This document shows positions 1-13,519 of a stretch of DNA of 64,000 nucleotides, in pieces. This stretch comes from Iphione sp. A-MEVVRFRX5. Taxonomy: Eukaryota. The stretch covers positions 51,708,001-51,772,000 of the forward strand of contig OZ320315.1 of assembly GCA_976226885.1 (NCBI GenBank). The letters are read 5' to 3'. How positions within the stretch are numbered: the first letter of the stretch is position 1; each line of letters opens with the position of its first letter. Both the position numbers and the translations under genes were made by a program. The notes under the pieces were generated by a model that saw only the letters and a program-made list of their open reading frames with translations, did not search any database and had not been told where the DNA came from.

Positions 1-399
1 TCCATTCTGTCTCTCTTGTACTTCTTCAGCACGAATGTTATTTCATTTTTCCCGAATCAAATGTGATGTACCAGTTAGACTAAAGTAATTTGAATGGATC
101 TAATTGCAGAGACAAAACGTAGTTTTTAGTTACATTATGTAAAGGGAAGATTATTTACAGCATAAAATGTAGAATTTCTATCTGTGTGTTTTACGATTAT
201 AGAGTCTTTAGACTGCGCTTATACACCAAGAGAGATGGAGCATAAAACGGAGATATTTTCACAGTCGTAATAAAATTAGTCTTGTTCTTAGGGAGGGGCT
301 GTTTCTACAAACAATGCAAACATAAACACACACATTTATATTGCTCACCCGGAATGAAGTGACGTGACACCCTCTGTAGAATTCTTTATGCTTATTAAA

Positions 400-830
400 C
401 AAAATGTGAATGGTGAGCTCTGCCACACTATATACATATACATAATATTCCCTAATGAATTGTTGTAAAGTGGCTCACAAAGATTTTAAAAAAGAGCGTC
501 TGTATGTGTTGAGGGGCATCTGCCACTGCCATTTAAAGGCTATACTCTAACCCCTATTTATGTACACAGCTTGGGTGGGCGTCACGGTAGTGTTTGTGGT
601 AGACAGTAGAACGAAGCGCACGCGGCTCGTAGAGGCCTGAATATGGCAGGCGACACAGGGCTGACCTTACGTGTCATGTCGACATAGGCAGCCGCAGGTA
701 CTCAGGCATGCAGCTGGTCTTCAGGCCGGATCCTTCTAGTGGGGTTATTGGGGTCAGGAAGAGATGATGACTGATGCTTACTTCCTCCTGGCATGCGCCC
801 TCTCCTTCTATGTATCTACGGGGATGTCTA
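400..830 (-). pseudogene. Possible decayed LRR relic
   Basis: HHLFLTPITPLEGSGLK; LPYSGLYEPRALRSTVY. Weak match. Confidence 0.25.
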
Positions 831-1149
831 TAGCTACTACATGTATACTCATACCATGGATGGTATACGCAGTTGCCCCGAAAATCATTAATCGTTGTGC
901 TTTCCTACAAAACTACGTTAGTGTTTTATATTTTTAAATAAGAATGGTGAACACTTGACAATTAAGAGTTTGAGGTAGATCAGCTCCTCCCAGGTACACA
1001 TTTTTCTTATTTGGATTCAAATCTCAGATATACGACCCAAACTGTGCAACAATGTTCAAGGGGGCTACCATGTCTTAAAATAAGTTTAGCATATTCAGCC
1101 CTATTTGTGTATGATTTTTCTTCTAATAATCAAACTGTTCAAGTTATTG

Positions 1150-1620
1150 CTGCTTGTTTAGATTGTTTACTTGTTTTCGTCGTCTATATTTGCGAAACCC
1201 TTGGGTTCAAAGATCATTAACCTCAAAGATCTTAAATCTCACCCTCCTGAACCCATCCGATACCATCACTACGGACCTAAAGAAACTTGCCAAACATGTT
1301 GGTGATACAGGACAAAATATTCAGATGGCTGTTCTAAGTATATTTCGGTCGATCCGAATGTTGTTCTGCACAAATGGTTTTGTCGCATGGTGTGGTTCAC
1401 CTTGATCCACCGCTCTCTCTGTGTACGCCGTCACGATGTTATGGACTATCTTTTTTCTTGCATGCAAGGACGGTCCATAGTAAAGTTTGTTACTGATTTC
1501 CGTATCTTGTGGATCTTGCGCCTATCGAAATGCATGCCTGTATTGATAGACCAAAGAGTAGCGACCTTCTTCTAGATCAACTTATTATCAATGAAACCTT
1601 TTTAGCTAGGAGCGCTCAGC
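1150..1620 (+). mobile_element. Possible LINE ORF1 relic
   Basis: QGRSIVKFVTDFRILWILRLSK resembles the RPIIVKF motif of LINE ORF1; same strand as the RT fragment at 2704. Confidence 0.25.
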
Positions 1621-2383
1621 AACGACATTTACAAGTACATTGGGCATGATACAAATACATTGGGCAGGATAGGGATGTGCATGATGCCTATGCACTTTAG
1701 AGTGTTTTTCGGGGAAGCCATTATTTGTGGGACTAAATGACCCCAACCGTTCATCCTCTGTCTAACTGTCTCCTTAAAACTAAACTACGCCTAGAAATTA
1801 TTCTGACTTGATGAAATGGAATGTTAAATTTCTCTAAATTTAACCAAAATCAACCCAGAAACTATTCTGAATATCCATCCTTGAATAAATTAAAATGACT
1901 TAGAATTTCTGGAAAGAAACCAAAATATTTTGTGAACCATTGATATTCTAATATGCGCTTAGGCAAAATCGAGATCATCAACATGTGCAGCAGATATTTT
2001 TACGTCATCCTTTCCCTTTCCACCCCTACATGAAGAAAATGCAATAAGAACAGGATTGAAAGGCAAATCCAACCTGGAAAGTCTACTCCCATAGCACCAG
2101 ATGTCAGCCCCAACGTACCAGTCCACCTCAGACTCTCAGTGTTCTAAAACACACTAACTACAAAATAATTTTCCTATATCTAACAGATTGAACTAACATC
2201 AATACTATTCCAGATTGCTGAAGCTACCACGCCAAACAACACCCCTGACAGCAGATGGAGTAAAAGAAAACAGAGAATCCTTTTAGACTCCACGGCCGCC
2301 CTGATTAGTCCCTTTGCCTGAGCTCAACCCAAGAAAGTTTTGCCGGACGGCCCATGTTGAATGACTAAAAACTTGGATTTGTT

Positions 2384-2418
2384 GAGTGAGTGTGAGTGAG
2401 TGTTATGTGAGTGAGTGT
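2384..2418. repeat. (GAGT)n microsatellite
   Basis: Directly visible. Confidence 0.8.
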
Positions 2419-2703
2419 CATCTCCTCAGACATATGAGAAATGAAAAAAAGACATCAACGAGGTACAATCAGTTGTCCAAAATCTGGAGGTAGCAACTAC
2501 AAGCAACGCAGCATAGTAATTCTAAAATATATAGCAGAGTACAGGGTAACAACCTCTATGAAGTTCTATCTCCTGAATCTAAAAAAATGCACGGGCTAAG
2601 GAACTACAAACCTAAACATTAGGCATAAATTCCTAGACAGGCAACATAAAAAATGTCTTTATCATCCACGTGGCTGAAGTATCAAAAGACTCAGTTGAAG
2701 AAC

Positions 2704-3298
2704 TTTCAAGTTTTTAGGTTAAAGTTTGGATGAAAGGTTATTCTATAAAGAGTCTGTGGATGCAAAAATAACGAAGTTGAACTCTACCATATTCCTATTA
2801 AGCCATGCAAAGATATTCTTGGATATGTCAACTAGGCTTCTCTTACTGAATGCTTGCTTTCTGTCAATAATGGACCATGGTCTTATGTTTGAATGTGCAG
2901 CAAACAATGATGTAGTAGGCTAGGAAAATCTGCTTATAATAGCAGTAAAAAAGTGTATGGATGACCATTTAACAACATGACAGGTCCTTGCCTGGATGTC
3001 TAACAATGGCACGCTAAATTTTGAACAAAGGTTATCCTACTATCTCTTGCTTTGTATATTTGATGTTCAAGCTTCAAGTCCAAGCATGCAGGGACACAGA
3101 AGCATCATGAGAGGAGGAGATGCTCCAAGGATCGATCTGGCACCTCCCACACTACAGGCTTACAAGAAAAGTTACATCTACAGAGGGGCAAGTCTTTGGA
3201 ACAAGCTGAGACCTGAGCTGAAGTGTCTCTGCAAACCTCAATTCAAAGTCTTGCTGAGAAGAATGACACTGGATGGAAGAATCCAATTAGCAACTTAA
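2704..3298 (+). mobile_element. Degenerate LINE RT C-terminal fragment
   Basis: FKFLG*SLDERL...KITKLNSTIFLLSHAKIFLD and KKSYIYRGASLWNKLRP match the CR1/L2 RT thumb and C-terminus. Confidence 0.75.
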
Positions 3299-3599
3299 CC
3301 ATGAACTTAGATTGTACAAAGCTCAATGATCCAGACTCATTGTGCTTCTAATAATCCATGATGAACTTTAACTAAGCACTACAAACGTGACTGAAACCCA
3401 AAACTTATGGATCAGTATCTTCCGATTATTAAAAAACAGAGACTTTATAACATATCCTGTGCTAGCAGTATTTCAAGTCATAACGTACCTAGTGATACAT
3501 TACTCAACTTTTGAGCATTTGAAAGAAGCATCCATTGTATGGGTGATATTATTCAGCTCAATAAACTTGATTGTCATCGTCATTGTCTCAAATCATGAA

Positions 3600-3956
3600 A
3601 CCTGGGACAGAACCAAGGGTGTCCCAAATCATTTCATTTCATTGTATCTTTTAACAGGAACTAGATATTCACCTATCATCAGGACAGGGCTCTTCCATAT
3701 CCTCCTGGGGTACCATACTACTATTATTAAGATATACAAATTGAGAGACCAGAATACCTGGGGTTGCCCCCTACTCTTATTTCGAATAGGTTTCTGGGGT
3801 CTGTTTTTTAGGGACAGAATCCTATACAGCCACAGCCTTTTTACAAATTGTGGACCACTCTAGGTTGGGCTACAGTAAGAGTCCCAGGCCTGGGATTGAA
3901 CCTGCGACCTCTCAGTCAGTGGACCAGTGCTCTACCACTGAGTTAACTCCTCTCCC
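3600..3956 (-). mobile_element. tRNA-derived SINE
   Basis: Minus strand AGTTAACTCAGTGGTAGAGCAC...GCAGGTTCAATCCC gives a Pol III A box (3945-3935) and B box (3902-3893). No good acceptor stem; followed by a non-tRNA body. 3' limit approximate. Confidence 0.6.
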
Positions 3957-4410
3957 ATATACAAAGCAATGCACTACAATCAGGCCTATTACAAAATTAT
4001 CTCTGTTTCTAACATAACCAGCCATAATATGTGGTCATTCAGAACTTTTTTTCTTGTTTTGATAATATATCGGGACTTGGATACAGATAGAAACTCATAC
4101 TATAAACCAATGTGTTCCTTAGACCATATACTTTTATATGATATATATTTTATTAAAATCCAAGCCATAGAAGTGATGACACGATGCTTGAAGAGAACTG
4201 ACTAACATTTCAACAGGAAAATTTGAGGTGAAAAAAGCACCGACCGACCTTTGTTTTTTCCACTATGGAAACAGTTATTTTTATGCCTCAGTTGGTGAAG
4301 GGTGCACTCGGGCATGATTTTGGCCATTACTTAGTGTGGCAGCAGGGAATCATGGACCATAACAGAAAGCTTACTGAAAAGTGAGCCATTAACTTAGAGT
4401 CTGTTAACTA

Positions 4411-6027
4411 TTAATCAGAATCAGAATCAGAATCAATTTTATTCTCCCTCTGTCGCCATGACCACGGCGGTGTTAATAGACAAGAGAACGGAATACACTA
4501 CCCAAAACTGACAATTAAACTAAGGGTAGGATGATATGAAATGATGATGATATATACAATTGAATAGAGTACACATGATAGATAGAAAATTAATTTTAAT
4601 GAGTCATCAGTGGTGTTAGTGCGTTAGGTGATATTGGCAATCATACCGAACTTACACATCATAAGGAATTCTGTACGGTCTACCAAATTCCTTGTGATTG
4701 CATCAAGTTCATTCCATAACCTTGGTCCTAAATAAGTTATGGATCTTTTTACCTTTTCTGATTTAGGAATTGGTACATGGAAACATAAAGCATCATCCTG
4801 TCTGGTAGGCATATTATCATTTCTGCGTTCTTGTAGCAGCTTTAAGGGCAGTGATCTGAATACAGTATCAAGAATAAAGATATGCTGCCTTCTTTTTAGC
4901 ATTTCAACATTATAGAAAGCATGTAGGCGTTCTATGGACATTTGACTGTTCTTATGAAATTTCTTATATATCAAGTGTAATGTTCTATTCTGAATTTTCT
5001 GAAGGCGTTTTAAGTAAGACACAGGCGCAGTACTGATGAACGCATTACAATAATCAATTACAGGCAACATTAGTGTTTTGTAAATAGTTATGGCTGCAAA
5101 CTCAGTTAAGTATCTTAGGGCTTTTGAGAAGACATACATTTGTGAGGATAGTTTCTTGATTACATTACTAGCATGATGTACCATAGAAAGATTACTGTCA
5201 ATTGTAATACCAAGATACCTGTACTCATCCACAAAACCAACATATGTATCTTTCAGTTTGAACTCACGGTGGAGGCCAAATAGGTCACCTTTGCCAGGAC
5301 ACACGTACATTAGTTTAGTCTTGCCTATATTTATAATAAGCTGATTTCTTGTACACCATCTCTCGATATCTGTTAGGATCTTAGTCATTTTTTCAGTAGT
5401 CTTGACAATGCTTTTATCACTACAATAACATACCGTGTCATCGGCAAATAGTGTGGTTGACCCATTCACCTCCTCTGGCAAATCATTTATATACATCGAG
5501 AACATCAGAGGACCTAGAGTTGATCCTTGGGGGACACCAAATTTAATAGGTTTCTCCTCAGACACATAACCATTAACAAGGCATCTCTGCGTTCTATGCT
5601 TGAGAAATGACGAGAACCAGGCCAGGCTATTAATTGAGAAATTAGAACTATATTTCAGCTTGTGCAGTAGTAAATCATGATTAATAGTGTCGAAAGCTTT
5701 ACAAAAATCGATAAACAAAAGTAGTACATGATTCTTGTTGTTGTAATCTGTGTATGTATCATTCAGAACTTTGTGAATAGCATTTTGAGTACTTCGCGAT
5801 CTCCTGAAGCCATATTGATTATTACATAGCAGAGCATTAATCTCAAGGTGATTGTATAGTTGATTAAACACTAGTTTCTCAAGAATTATTGACATGATTG
5901 ACAGCAGAGATATTGGCCTGTAATTATTTAATTCACATTTTGAGCCACTCTTGTGTAAAGGTTTTACAGTAGCAGTTTTCCAGGTTTCTGGAACATGACC
6001 ATTTATCAAGGACATATATCAAGGACA
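4411..6027 (-). mobile_element. Young 5'-truncated non-LTR retrotransposon (CR1/L2 group) with uninterrupted RT ORF 4624..6015
   Basis: RT motifs NYRPISLL, QYGFR, FIDFCKAFDTINH, GVPQGSTLGP, LFADDT, YRYLGITID, GPRLWNEL. 3' tail (GATTCT)n at about 4413-4436. Candidate TSD TTAACTA at 4404-4410 and 6028-6034. Confidence 0.93.
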
Positions 6028-6034
6028 TTAACTA

Positions 6035-6700
6035 AGCTTTATTTTCCTAAGCACTTCGATATTACCCACAGAAGGAGATGTGTCAACATGTTGATATGTC
6101 GAATCCAGAGATATTTTTATAAATTTTTAAGACAAGGAAAGTATTTCCTCCCTCTCCAAATTATCTTGATTTGAGATATATCCAGATTCTTAAGTCGTTC
6201 CCACAAGGAAGGCGTTGACTGTAGTATGTCTCTGGTGTCTGATTGGCACCTTTTTTCCTAACTTACCAACATATTCAGTGGTGACTGTAAACTACAATTG
6301 GCCTCAGCATCAGTATCATGTATCATGTATCTTTTGAGAAAAAACTTGACAGATCTTTATTATATTGTCTTGCGTTTGTGAGAGACTTAATATCTTAGTA
6401 TTAAATCAGAGTTCATCAGTCTTAAGCGATAGTTGATTCTCTAGATCCCAAGAAAAACATTGACGGAATTTGTTGAGGAGTTCTAATTTTAGTGAACATC
6501 TCTGACCAGCGAAAGGTAATTAAATCCTAATCAAATGAAGTTCTAAAGAACCTTTTAGATTCTGAACTACCCGGGCATGGTGTGCTAATATCAATGTCAT
6601 CAAAATTAATTTGATATTTCGATTCAATTTATATTCAGTTTATGCAGACGCTTTATTAAGCAGATCTGGGGCAATTGAAGAGTAGGGACAATGCAATGAA
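6035..6700 (-). mobile_element. Older degenerate LINE (region upstream of RT) interrupted by the young LINE; appears to continue at about 4290-4403
   Basis: Broken frames read SVGNIEVLRKIKLS before the insertion and LMAHFSVSFLLWSMIP / VMAKIMP after it, resembling the linker and start of RT. 5' limit uncertain. Confidence 0.5.
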
Positions 6701-7249
6701 AGGAGATTCATTTCGCTTATTTAGATAATATCAGAAACAACTAACTCTTCACCTCTTAAAGGTTTTTAATCGTCTCTTTATTTGCCAGAATAGTTTCAGC
6801 ATCACATGAAAGATTTTGCACCATACATATAATCCATTAATTCTTTATTGATTCATTATAAATAGATCATATTTCATATGGCAAAAGCACTGGCACTTGT
6901 CAGTTTTATGAAAACCCGGGGTTTCTCATGATGATGTCATCACTGGGTAAGAGTGAGCTTGGGTAAGACCCTTTGACCGTGGCATTGCCCAGAGTCAAAT
7001 GGCTTGGGAGTATCTGTTCTGGAGAACAGGGTTTCCCAAGACCAACCGAGAACAGAAGAAGAAGTGCAAATGGATACCCCTGCACACATACACTATTTTT
7101 GATACAGGAAAGAAAAATAAAAGGGCCTTAATTCACTGTGAGCGGAATACAGCCATGTGGTAGCGTATGCTATTTACATCAGCTCCTCTCGATTGTTAAA
7201 CTATGAATCCTTGAAATTACAAGATAAAAGGACATATTGTAGCATATAA

Positions 7250-8425
7250 GAGGTATGTCGAATAAAATGCACATTATGAATGATTCTTCCGAAAAGCCAT
7301 CCGTTCTGAAGACAAGAGACATGATGCAATACAGTAATACTCTATATGTTCTTTATTAATTTAATGCAAACAGAGTGTCCATGTACTTCAAAAGAATAAA
7401 GGATCTAAATCTAAAGGTAAATTATATCCAAAAACCACGGGAACGTTTCATTAGTATCAATTTTGATTTTATACCTTTGTGAAAACGAACTTGCAAAATG
7501 ATCCAGTCCTTTCCGGGCTTAAATTCCGAGTGCGGTTCTTTGTTCGTCTATTTCTACAATCCACTACTAGTGATCCTTAGTGTAAATCTATTTTGAGATG
7601 CCATGGGAATTATCGCACGGAAAACTCCCAAATATAACCAAGGGAGTGTCGAGGTACAACTATCTTGAGGATAAGATAAGATAAGATAATAAGATAAGAT
7701 AACAGAACATTTTATTTATCCAGGTTTTCGCCTCTAAGAGGCGGTATTCGGTTTTTTGACATCGCGATACAGTTCATGGGATGATAATATGACAGTGATT
7801 GACAATTAAATGTGAGCTTAACGTTGTTTACCTGGAATCACTTGCACATGGATCAATATATAGCATCGCATTATTATATACGAAAAATAGAGACTGCTAT
7901 TTAGATCTACAGTTTCCACCAAGGTGTAATGTTGTATGGATATTTTACGATAATTACTTGACCCCAGGGAATGACACTGAAATACAAGTCACAGCATGTT
8001 ACACAAAAGAGGACAGAAAATCAGGTCAAATCAAATATTTGGTATGAATTAAGCCACCAATTAGTTCAATCCGCACAGATTGTTGTAGTACAACCAGTAT
8101 AAATCAAGCATGAACCTATACCATAAAAATATGACGTACGTTCAGTGCTACATAGTGAATATAGAGACCTGCTTGTAAAATAGGACGAGACTGCACTATT
8201 CGCAGTTTTATGGATATATGCAATTGTGGTAATCTCTTACAATGTGAAAATCAAAATTGTCTAAGTGATATCACCAAAAAAAATTGACATTCTGAAATGG
8301 CCTTTAACATGCAATGTTTCCTCAGTCGTCGTCGCTGTTTGACACCGCAGCCGTTCAGATGTAATCATCCAACGCAATAAATCGGAAACTCCTTAGGGCA
8401 GGAAAAGGCTTTGTGCTGCTAGGTC
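7250..8425 (+). pseudogene. Decayed LRR relic with LRRCT
   Basis: KRIKDLNLKVNYIQK; LVSILILYLCENELAK; KWPLTCN; FRCNHPTQ*IGNSLGQEKALCC (cf. LRRCT CxxPxxLxGxxL...LxC). Confidence 0.6.
7670..7750 (-). mobile_element. Short 3' end of a LINE/SINE: (GATAA)n tail plus stem-loop
   Basis: (GATAA)n at 7670-7702; hairpin CGCCTC-TAA-GAGGCG at 7729-7743. Confidence 0.5.
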
Positions 8426-8949
8426 CACACATATTCATGCAAAATATACCAGTGAATCTCTCGAGGGTACTCTGGCATATCGTAAGTAGTCCTGTTGATA
8501 CGGTTGATACTGGCCGGAGGAGGTGCCTTGGAGTGCAGCATCAGCATTACCCATGACATGTAATCAACCTTAGGTGGGTAAAAAAAAATCATTACATCGC
8601 TGCCGGTTATTCTTGTCTAGTGACATGTCCACAGTATAGCAGCGTCTAATAAATCAGAAAAGACGTGTCTTTCCCTGCATATTTAAACGGAAGCAGTAGT
8701 GAAATTTTATGTTTTTACAAAACAGTAATCTCACTAATTGCATGTTTATCACAATTAAGGTCATGATATATCAACGGAGACATCTTTTCTACCTTGGTAT
8801 GTAGTGTATACACGTTAATAGATGATAATGATGGAGGGGGAGTGGGAAAGAGTGAGGTCCTTATTAGTGTACAGGCATAACCCAGCCAATAAGATAAAGT
8901 AGCTATTGAAATTGGATTTGGTGATTTAACGCTGATGAGTTATTTTGTT

Positions 8950-9640
8950 GAATAACAACATTAGGTGAACACATTCACCAGTTTATGAGTGTGGCAGTGA
9001 TAACCGAGAAAATATTATGCGGAAATATAACATTACACTCCCCAAACATTTAAATACATTATAAATTTTTAATACAGAGGGAAAGACAACGGGTTACGTT
9101 TCTACTCACTACTTCAAGTCTTGGCATATAACAACGGCTTATACTCTGCACATGATGATTTCCATCCATATTTGCCCCCGAACCTTCCGATCTTCAGATA
9201 TCAATTTACTGACGGTCGGACACGGAGTGGAATATTTTTCGTTCTTGGCATCTCATCTCGGACAAATTAAAAGCACCTGGCTCCTTTATCTAATTTGGGT
9301 CAAGGAGTTCGCGGCCCAAAAAGCAGACGAAGGAAATGAAAGTTCCGAAGTTGTAATATTATTTTGCGATGTTTTATTTCTCAGCTTTGCTGACGTACCA
9401 ACGCTCTGAACTGGAATTCTTGCCGATTCTTCAATTGGTATTTGCCCATGCGATTGTCCAGTAGAGATACGTCTGTTGTGCAAATGATCGAGAAGCTAGT
9501 GCAAAACCCGTTCTATGTTGTACATGTTATTGATTCAAGTCTTCATATGGCCCGACATCCCCCATTTATATTGTTACATAATGTACATGTAATCAAATGT
9601 CAGCTAGGAACACAAGCCTCCCAGGCAATATAAGGAGTCA
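8950..9640 (-). pseudogene. Decayed LRR relic
   Basis: CTTDVSLLDNRM; SQNNITT...PSSAFWAANSLTQI (ORF 9286..9483); KRNPLSFP. Confidence 0.5.
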
Positions 9641-9859
9641 CGCGGTCTCCCAAACCCGGCGAGGATACACACGGATACTTCTTAAAGTTATACCAACAGG
9701 GTTATGCCCCCTTATCTAAAATGATACATGCTCCCATGGCTACAAAATTTGTCGTTCACGTGGAATTTTTTTAGTAGTGTTGACGACGTCGTGATGCCGC
9801 GCAAAGTGTTTGTTGTTCATTTTGTTGAAATTCCATTTGTTTCCATGTAAAAATATCTT

Positions 9860-11300
9860 TTTTGACTACTTCTGAATATTACTGTACATCGACGATTAGT
9901 GCAAATGATTTATTTTGTGCATGGCAAATGTTCATGCATATATACTTCCTACGTGCTTCATCGAAAAAACTATCTACTAGAATTCTTATGAACAATTTAA
10001 CGATATTGATATTACTGTTTTTTTGGTTTGGCGTCGGTGTATCTCTTATCCTAAAATCGGGACACATAGTCATCCTGATTTTAATCTGCAGTTTACAGAT
10101 GTGCCTTTCTGACTGGATCGACTAGCGAATGTTATTGGAAAACACGGTGCTCCAATGTAAATGTTCCTTTTATATTTAAGTGTTAATGAACTGAAAATCG
10201 ATTATGCTTAACGGTTTGCATCGCACCAGACGTGGCGTATGGCCAAAATCGAACAAGCTAGTGCTGATAACCTCACGGTTCCCTCAGAGCATAGTAAACT
10301 CTCCTGCACTTAGTAACATCGTGTTTTGTACTCAAGAGTTTAGGAAGTGTATTTTGATCTCACCGTATGGCAGAGAATGTGTTACAGGACCAAGCTCTTC
10401 AAGAACGCACGTGTAAATAAAACGCATGAGGTCCTTGCTGTTTCTTATCTATTGTGGTGGTGATACTTAGGGTGGACCTCAGGTCTTTCTCGTGCAGGGT
10501 CGTTACTCTTTGGCAAGAATCTGGGTTGGCTTGTGTCCAAACGCAATCCATTATATGTGTCACACTTGTTACTATTTTGTTGCACATTTGATGATTGATT
10601 TAGTGGATCATCTTGTTTTTATCAGCATCGATGAATCATTGTTTTGTGAACATCTGTACTGCGCACATTTTCGAAACTGATTATCGGTCTTCCAATATTA
10701 TCAAAGATGAACAATTGTTTGTCAAAAGGCTTATTATATTGATTGCTGCACTGTTGTGACACAACCGGTTCTGTTCATTTAAACACAGAAACGCGTAACT
10801 TGCCCTAGGTGTGTACAATATAAACGAAAGTGGCGAGGATAAATAGAATACGGACGAAAGGGAGTCGGCTGTACAGTGCTATAATGCGGTGTGGAATTGG
10901 AAGCAATCTACTGCTCCCCTTTCCCATATAACAGCGGTGCACCTTGGTGCTGCAGGTCCGCGCCTTACCCGAGCCTGTTCTTCCACCGCCGTGGAGGAGG
11001 AGGGAACTGGAGACAGATGCTGCCGCGGACGCCACCAGTAGAGCCCGAAACGCCTGACACGCCTTCCACCGTGCGCCGCTCCAGGCAGGTGGCCGGCCGC
11101 CGGGATCAAAGAGAGTCGCCATTGGTGGCCCTCCCGCCTACCGACCAACATCTTCTGTCGCTGTCCACCGGCTGACCTGCACAGACAAGCAGAAGTCGTC
11201 AAAGAGAGCAACTCATCCGACCACCCAGACGGACACCACGACAGTGCGCGTACGTTTGGTTGGTAGGCAGGGCGTTCTTCTTGCAGCCAGGAGTGCGTGT
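9860..11300 (+). pseudogene. Decayed LRR relic with LRRCT-like cap and Thr-rich stalk
   Basis: MLNGLHRTRRGVWPKSNKL (10204 ORF); LCPNAIHY...ISIDESLF (10492 ORF); GGPPAYRPTSSVAVHRLTCTD followed by THPTTQTDTTTV. Confidence 0.5.
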
Positions 11301-11959
11301 CAGAGGGAGAAGCCATGAAGACTTCGGAGATGCGCCAGCATTTGATAAACAGCACATCCCTGCTGTAGGTGGTGCCATACTCAAGGTATTATCTACACTT
11401 CAAAAGAAGGTTAGTCATTGTTTTAGTTTATTTCATTCTCATCGGACGAACGTGTAACCAAACTATTAAATACATTTATGTCCTTGTAGTCATGGAGCCT
11501 TTGGAGTCCCAATTCAACGCAGGTAGACGGCCTTAAACATAGATTTGTAGGCCTAAGTTAAAAGGTAATACGGATATGGTTCGTTTGTATTAACAAAAAA
11601 TGTACTGACTGTAACCGGACGCAGTAAACCATGTCTTGTAGGTAAATGTCTTTATCAAGCAACAACGAGAAACATTTCTTTATCCCTTTCTATGAGAATT
11701 GCAATCGGTCGCAGTAAACGTTTGGTTCTTTGAATATTTGTTACCAGAGGACATGCTAAGATCCTACAGAGCAGAAAACTAATTATTATCAACAACATTG
11801 ATACTTAGTCCCTTCCAAGGATTCTAGTGACGAAGGTTGAAGGAGAATATGATAATAGCGAGGTGACCTACCCTTTCCCCTATTGTCGCTCTGTCCTATA
11901 TTCTCACAGGGAAAAAAGGCCCAGAGTCAGGCAGGTGAGCATGGCCGGAAGGGCGAGGT

Positions 11960-13120
11960 GTCAGGATGCAGAAGGGTACATGGGTGTAATATCCATCCAT
12001 TCAGCTCATAAGAGATGATACTGTGTCTTTATAGAGGGGGTGGGTTTCTTTGTCCGCTTTCTGCGATTATCATCTCCAAGGATTTCTGACATACAATGCT
12101 TTCAGACTGTGTGGAGATTTGCCAACAATCCTAAATATCAAGGCATGCCAGGATTTGAGATGTAAGTACACACGTGTACTTGAACAATGCATATTTCTGT
12201 AGATAACTCCATTGATGATGCGAAATAGTACCAGTACCGCACACTCGTGGAAACCAACAGAAAGACTGGTTTGTTACTACACCTTTTCTACAGCGTGTAA
12301 TTAATTCTGCTGAAAGTTGGTCCTAGCCTCCTCCTCCCTTGGTGCTATTTTTCTCTCTCCGCCAGTTGAAGTAATTCTCGGGTGAGTTTCCATTAGGAAG
12401 GCCAACTAAGCGATAGAGTGACGAGCGCGCTGTAGACTTCAATGTGGCAGGATCCATTTGCCCTAGTGGCAATTGCTTTGAAGTGTTAGGATCTGATCTT
12501 CGGGGTGAATAGAGTGGACGAGACATAGACGGTTTTGGCTCTGTTCCCATATTGCACTGGCGTGCAGAAGCTGTTAAATATTGCATAGGACACGGACAAG
12601 TTTAAATGCCAGTCCATGCTTTATTCACTTGTTTCATGCACTAATGTTTACACACCCCAGGAAAAGACAGAAATATCCGCGTCTTAGCCGTTGCTATATG
12701 GCAACCGAGGTAACATTAGGCGCATCCAACAAAAGTGAAGGTAGTCTACAAGAGTATTGGGAATGTTGAAGTGCAAAGTAGTATACGAAAGTGAAATTTG
12801 GTGAAGTTAACCATTCTTACCGACGTTCATGAAAACAGCCGCAGGGTAGAGAGGAAACAGTTTTGCAGGTCTCTGAGGGGGAAATTTCCGGAAGCAATCA
12901 ACAGTGCTTTACTGAAAATATATCCTTTTACCTCCAATATTAACGGCTCTTCAGCAGAGGTGTACATACACCATTGATGACTATGGCTGCTGGTAACGCA
13001 CTGTAGGCATACGACTGGACATGCATGTGAAGGAGATATGTAGTGCCCTGTCCTTGGGTTGTGAGTCATATCAAAACAATATTTACGGCACCTACATAAA
13101 CACGAGCTCGAGCACATATA
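11960..13120 (-). pseudogene. Decayed LRR relic with LRRNT and LRRCT
   Basis: MCSSSCLCRC / ACPVVCLQC (12827 ORF); LKSTARSSLYRLVGL (12323 ORF); SLKALYVRNPWR at about 12110-12075. Confidence 0.65.
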
Positions 13121-13519
13121 TGAGTAATACTTATTTATTTATATTTAATACTTTCTTGGCAACATATGAAACCGATCAATCACTTATCTAGCTTTTAGTA
13201 ACCGACGAGAGTTCTTTGTCCCACATTCCTTACTGTGCTTCTTTAGGTATGTTATGAGGCCAGTAGCATACACGTGCACAAGTATACTTATTAAACAAAA
13301 GCCAAAACATACATAGATGTATGCGCATATGCGTGCATACAGGAATGTGGTATTATGGATAGCCTTTCATGGGGTTTCTTCAAACGACAGTTGAAGAACA
13401 CATGCGATATACGGTACTTTAGGGAAGGAGGGGGTGCAAAAAAGAGAAGATGAGGTGGAACTAGAGCGCAACGGTAGTAGAATCTATGACAAAAAGAGGA
13501 CTGGTTAGGGGGGGCGCAG

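Noticed and set aside
3886-3950. Functional tRNA gene
   Set aside because: No proper acceptor stem or discernible cloverleaf; treated as a SINE head.
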